Positions 38,401-44,400 of a stretch of 46,114 bases of DNA are shown here, piece after piece (the stretch's first letter is position 1; every line of letters starts with the position of its first letter). The translations under genes were made by a program, and so were the position numbers. The notes beneath the pieces are model-generated. The model searched no databases, was not told where the DNA came from, and saw only the letters and a program-made list of their open reading frames with translations. Origin of the DNA: Elusimicrobiota bacterium (GTDB lineage: Bacteria; CG03; SLGR01; JBDRKX01); NCBI GenBank assembly GCA_043813605.1, contig JBDRKX010000013.1:1-46114 (forward strand), given 5' to 3'.

Positions 38401-41400
38401 TAACATACCTGAAGAATCCGGGTCTGAAAGTGTCGGCTGATACTATAGTGCCCAGGCCGTTTCTGGATAATGCCATAGACACAGAAAGAGCTGCAGCCTG
38501 GCTCAGGGCGCAGCCGTCGGCGGAACTCAGGGAACTTGCCGAATACCTGCTTAAGAACAGCAGCCATATAGACCAGCTGGAGTTTGAATATGTGCTGGAG
38601 ACTGCCTTAAATAAACTTAAGAAGAATTTGGATAACGAACCGTATATACTTCTGGTCTACAAGGGGAAGGGGAAAGAAAAGAGCAATGAATGGGTATATG
38701 ACCTGGCAAAAGAAAAGGGGCTCCATGAAGCGGCTCATATAATAAATGCATCCAGTTACCAGGACAGTCTGAAACTGGAACAGCTGCTCAAAGACGGTGA
38801 TATAAAAAATATAGTAGTTACAGATGATGCGTCATTCTCGGGTAAACAGCTCTCAAAGAAGGTTGTTAAAAGAGTCGTTTCGGCTGTCGCCCGACGGGCT
38901 TTGAAAGATAAAGTCAGTCTGCATATCACGGTGCCTTATATGACCGATACAGCCAAAGGCGAAGTCGAAGAAATGCTGGAAAACTATGCCAATATCGATT
39001 TAACCCTTTACCGGCAGGAGAGACTGAGTACGCTTTCAGAAATATTCAAAGAAACGGCCGAAGGCAGAAAGCTTTATAAACTGCTTATAAAAACTCACAA
39101 GTTCTTTGAAGCCTATATCCCGGATGTTGTTATAACCTATTTCCAGCACAAGGTGGCAGATCTATATTCCGTCTTTGCGCCTTTCTTTAAGGGAGATGTA
39201 ATCCTTGAAGGTGAAAAATATTCCGCTGATATAAGGTTTATACCGCTGACCAGCGAACCTTATAAGGAAGAATACCAGGATAAACTCAAAGAAGATCATG
39301 CGGACAGGAAAAAACTGGATATTACATGGATAGACCTGTCCGAACTTACCGGCGGACACGGAGCCGCGCATTGCAGCACGCAGATATTAAACCGCATTTC
39401 AGAAACAGGAGGAACAGGATGCCGTGCTGAATGGGATATACCGACAGATGTCCTGATGCATACTCCGGGCAGGGAAGTCATGGCGGGATTAAAGGATCCT
39501 GAAAGTTCCAGGTTTGAACGCGCTTTTGACCTGGATATTGCCGTAAAGGAACATGCCGAGTACATGAAAGAGCTGGAAAAGTCGGGTGTCAGGATACATA
39601 CCGTTATAGGTACACTTCTTTCCGGAACAAGGGATGAGTCGGGAGAGCTGATTTCTTTAAGTGCCGAATACGCCGCCCTGAAAGAGTTCGCAAAGGAATT
39701 CGTATCCGTGGATGCTACTGCCATAAAACCTGAAGAAAGAGCTTCTGCCGCGGATTACATTAAAAAGAAGATCGAAAATTATACACCTGAACAGCTTGTA
39801 TACGATATTATACTTCAGAATCCTGCCGTCAGGCTCAGACCTTCGGTGGATTCTCAAATGAAATATGAAGAAAAATGGGAAAACCGTCCGCTGATGAACC
39901 TGTTCTATACGAGAGATCAGATGATCACTACGGCAAAAGGCGCGGTTATCGGGCGTATGAAAGAGTATATCCGCGCGCCGGAGACAAAGATAATGAAATT
40001 CGTATTAAAGAAACTCGGGATTGAGCCGGTATACGAGGTCATCGGGACAGGAACGATGGAAGGCGGTGATTTCTTCCCGGCCGGTGATACGGCTATGATC
40101 ATGGAGAGCAGGCGTACAAATGCCGAGGGAATAAAACAGCTTCTTGAAAACAGGGTATTCGGCACCCGCCGGGTAGCGGTCATAAGAGATCCATGGAAAC
40201 AGGAAGAAGAGATGCATCTTGATATGTTCTTTAATATTGCCGCTTCCGGTATGGCGGTACTGGGTGAAGACAGGATGGATATCCGTGATGCTTCAGGCCG
40301 GATAATAAGCCGCGCTGATAGTGCCAAGCGCTGTACGGTAGATATTTATGAACTAAAGAACGGTTCATATGTCAGGAAGGAAGCGGGCAGGGATTTCCAG
40401 GCATATCTTGAGGATGAATTGGAATTTAAAGTCGTACCTGTATCGCGCTCTGACCTTAAGAAATACGGGGCAAATTTCCTTAATGCGGGCGCAGGCCGGC
40501 TGATGGCAGTAAAAGGTATCAGCGGTAAGTATGCAGAGAAACTCGGAGAAAGAAAACCTGCTGAAGCGACTTTGCCTCTGCTTGAAACAGTTTCTGCTTT
40601 TATCAGCAATGTCGGTGACCTTATAAATAAAGCAGTTGAACCGGAAATAAAACCGACTGGTTTTTTTGATGATCCGGATAACCGTAGAGAAGGGCAGTAT
40701 ACATATCCAGAGAGGCTGGAATGGGTTGATGATTATATCAGATATCAGAATTATGTAAATTTTAAGAATAGTACAATAGTAGACTTTGGTGTGGGAGAAA
40801 AAGCTTTAACTACCAGGGAACTGGCAGGTAAATTACCGGATGCTACGATTATCGGATATGATATGGAGGACCTGGAAAACATAGAAGAATATAGAAAGAC
40901 TCATCCAAATTTCAAATTCATAAAAGCAGAAAAAAGATATTCTTTTGAAATACCTGTCAAAGGTGTAGATATTATCAGATGTTGTAATGTCTTACGTACT
41001 GATTATTACGATGAGAAGTACCATTATGCGGCAATGGAAAAAATGGGTGAGAGCCTGCGTGAAGGCGGTATACTTATTGTCGGGGGATCGCGCGGTCCTA
41101 CACCCCACCAGCGGGCATATAAATTAGTTCAGGTATATCAGAAGGTCGATGGGAAAATGGTATTCAAAGAATGGGTTTCTTCTTACAAAAGCATGCATAC
41201 GGTGGTCGGTTTAGCAAGTCTGTTGAGAGGAGGATCCGGTCAGATCAATATACGCGGTTATGTTTCGGATGTATATGAAAAACTGAAGGACAATGAGGCA
41301 TTGCGGTCAATGAGTCCTGTAGAAATAGCAAAGGCTTTTACCGGAGAGATGAACAGGCTGTTTGCAGATGAATATAGTGCTTCTTTAGTTGAAGATAAGG

Positions 41401-44400
41401 ATCTTATGGTAATTAGAAACACCACTGATATTACAATAAAAGAAATGGAAGAAATAGTTACTGAAGTAATGAAGCTTATTGAGGTACTGGAGAAAGCGAC
41501 AGGTAAGCCCGGGTATAAATTACCCGGTTTTATAGACTCTTCAGTAGAAGAGCTATTTGTTTCACCTAGAGATATACTGCTAAAAACCAAACCCGGAATA
41601 AAACCTGAAGATATAAAAACACTCAGTGATGTTGAAAAAATATTAGAAAAGTATGATTTTTATGATAGAAAAACGGTAGATTCAGACGAAAAGACCATGG
41701 TCGTCGCTCTTGGAGGAAACGCGTTTGACGAGCTGCCGGATATGGTCGACGGTATAATAACGCTGATAAAACGCGGATACACGGTAGTTATAACTCATGG
41801 TAACGGTCCGCAGGTGGGCGAGCTGCTTATAAAAGCCGAAGAGCGTTCTAAAACCGAAAAAATACCTATGCCTACACTTGATAAACTGGTTGAACAGACA
41901 CAGGAAGATATGGGACAGCAGGTAATAGAAATACTTAGTGATGCATTAAACAGGGCTGGGATCGAAAAAGAGATCGAAGTAGTCAAAACCCGCGTGAGAG
42001 TTGACGGAAACGATCCCGGATTCAATGATCCTACTAAATTCATCGGCAAGACACAGTATACCGAAGAAGAGACAGGACAGCTGAAAAAAGACCTCGGTTG
42101 GAAACTTAAGGCCGATGTCCCGAGAGATCCTGACCATCCGGAAAGATTCTACAGGAGAGTAGTCCCTTCGCCCTGGCCTGAAGAGATACTTGGAAGTGAC
42201 CTCAGGAAGATACAGAAAGCTATTAAAGAAGGGAAAATAGTGGTTTCTGTCGGCGGCGGCGGAATACCTGCAACAATCAACAGGTGGCAGAGATTCCTGA
42301 ATACAATATCCTTCGGAAGATTAGCCATGTTTACAGGAAGAGAAGCGGTTATTGATAAAGATATAGCATCAGCTCTCCTGGCGCAGAAAATAGGCGCACA
42401 GAATTTTATGGTTCTGACGGATGTGGAAAAAGTCGTAAGGGATTTTAAGCTTCCTACGGAAGAAACTGTAGATTCTCTTGATGAACCTCAAGCCAGAAGG
42501 TTTCTTGCGGAAAAACGCGCAGACGGCGCGCTTCAGCTACCTGCGGGCAGCATGGGACCGAAGATAGAAGCATGTATCTTTGCGGCTGAAGGCGGAGTAA
42601 AGAATATCATTATAACGAACGGTATCAATGCGGTAGATGCTGTTGATAAAAAGACCGGTACTCGCATAGTGCCTTCCGATATTGTCCCGCAAACCGTAAC
42701 AGAAAAAGTAGAGACCGCTCCCGGCCGGGAGATCGATGTGTCAATATCCTCTTATGACAATGAACAGGCAGTGGATATGCTGCTTAAGGACAGCGCGTTC
42801 GGCGGGATGATTAAGAAAGCGTTCCTTGCCGGAGACCGGGTATATGCCCAGCAGGCGTCCTTCAGCCCGTCATTTATAGGATTTATCGCTCCTGAAGATA
42901 TGTCTGCTGTCGATTTTAACGAAACAGTAAAAGAAATTGTATACGAAATGTGGCTCGATGCCGCTAAAAAGAATGTTGTTGTAGACATAAGAAACTCTGA
43001 AGACATAAAAGTATATGCCGGTGCAGATGCCGCAAGGGATAAGACACTCGAGGAAGAAGTAAAGGAAGTCCTTGAGCGCGCTCTTCGGGATTCTACTCTT
43101 CTTTTGAGTGAGATGAACAGGGACAGGGAAACACTGGATATTCTGAAAATGCGTCGCTTTTTCGCCGGCAGGATCAACAGTGAAACCCGCTATCCTGTAG
43201 TAACAGGAAAAGATAATTCAAACGGAAAATATATAGCTGTTACCGGAGAAATATCACAGAAAGAAGCTGCCGAGATGATAAGACAGATCTATGTTTTCAA
43301 AGATAATGTTATATCCGGTCTCGGCGATCTCTTTATTGAACTTTCAGACGGGAATATCCGCATCGAAGCTGAATTTGAAGACAGGCAGATGATCGACAAT
43401 ATAAGGGAATTTATAGAAGGTTTTACATCGATACTGCTGATCTCGGATACTCACCTGGCAGGCAAGACCAATGATGATATTTTCGGCCCTGAAAAAGAAA
43501 GGGATCTCATGGCTCTTCTTGACCGGATAATAAAGAAGAGAGGAACATTAATAATAAACGGTGATTTTATGGATCTTTGGCTCTCAGATTACCGTACGGT
43601 AAGAGATGCCTACAGCATGCTGTTTGAAAAGATGTCCGGCGTACGCAGGATAGTCTATCTTCCCGGAAACCATGATGAAGATGTTCTTGATGAATCCATA
43701 ATGAAACTTGTAACAGCTGATTTTCCAAATATGGAGATAAGGCGCTACTACATGGATGTTTTTAACAGGCTCTATATCGAACATGGTCATCAGGCTGATG
43801 TTTTTGACCATAAAACATCTTTTGGCAGACGGCTGACAACAATCGTGATGACACTTTCAAAGATAGGCATATTGTTCGGATGGAAGACAATGGGTCAGGA
43901 CCTGATGGGTAAAATAGACAAGCTTCCGCGTATTGTCTGGCCTGCCAAATATGCCGGTAACAGGGATTATGTGGAGCGCGTACTCGGTATAAGCAAAATA
44001 CTCGGATGGTATACAAAAAGAAGAGGACTGGATGAAGCCGCCTGGACAGTTATACTGGGCCATACGCACAGCCACCATGATGCCATACCGGTAGGAACAG
44101 GTCACGAGAACGCTTTCGTCAGCGCCATTACCGGTGCAAGCTACGGGAATACGGGAAGCTGGACAGGAAAAACAGACGAAGGATTGCGTGAAGAATGGTT
44201 TGAGATAGGTTTCACGGGATCAAAGAAAGAACTCTTTGCCGGTCCGGTAATAGCTGAAGATATGGAACCGATGTACAAACTCGTACCTGAGAAGGAAAAG
44301 ATGGCTTTGAACGACCGGTTTGTACTTGGCAAAGAAACGGGCAGGCTCCGTATACTTACACGGGCTCCGCCTGTTATGAAAAAAGCCGGGCTCAGCGTAG

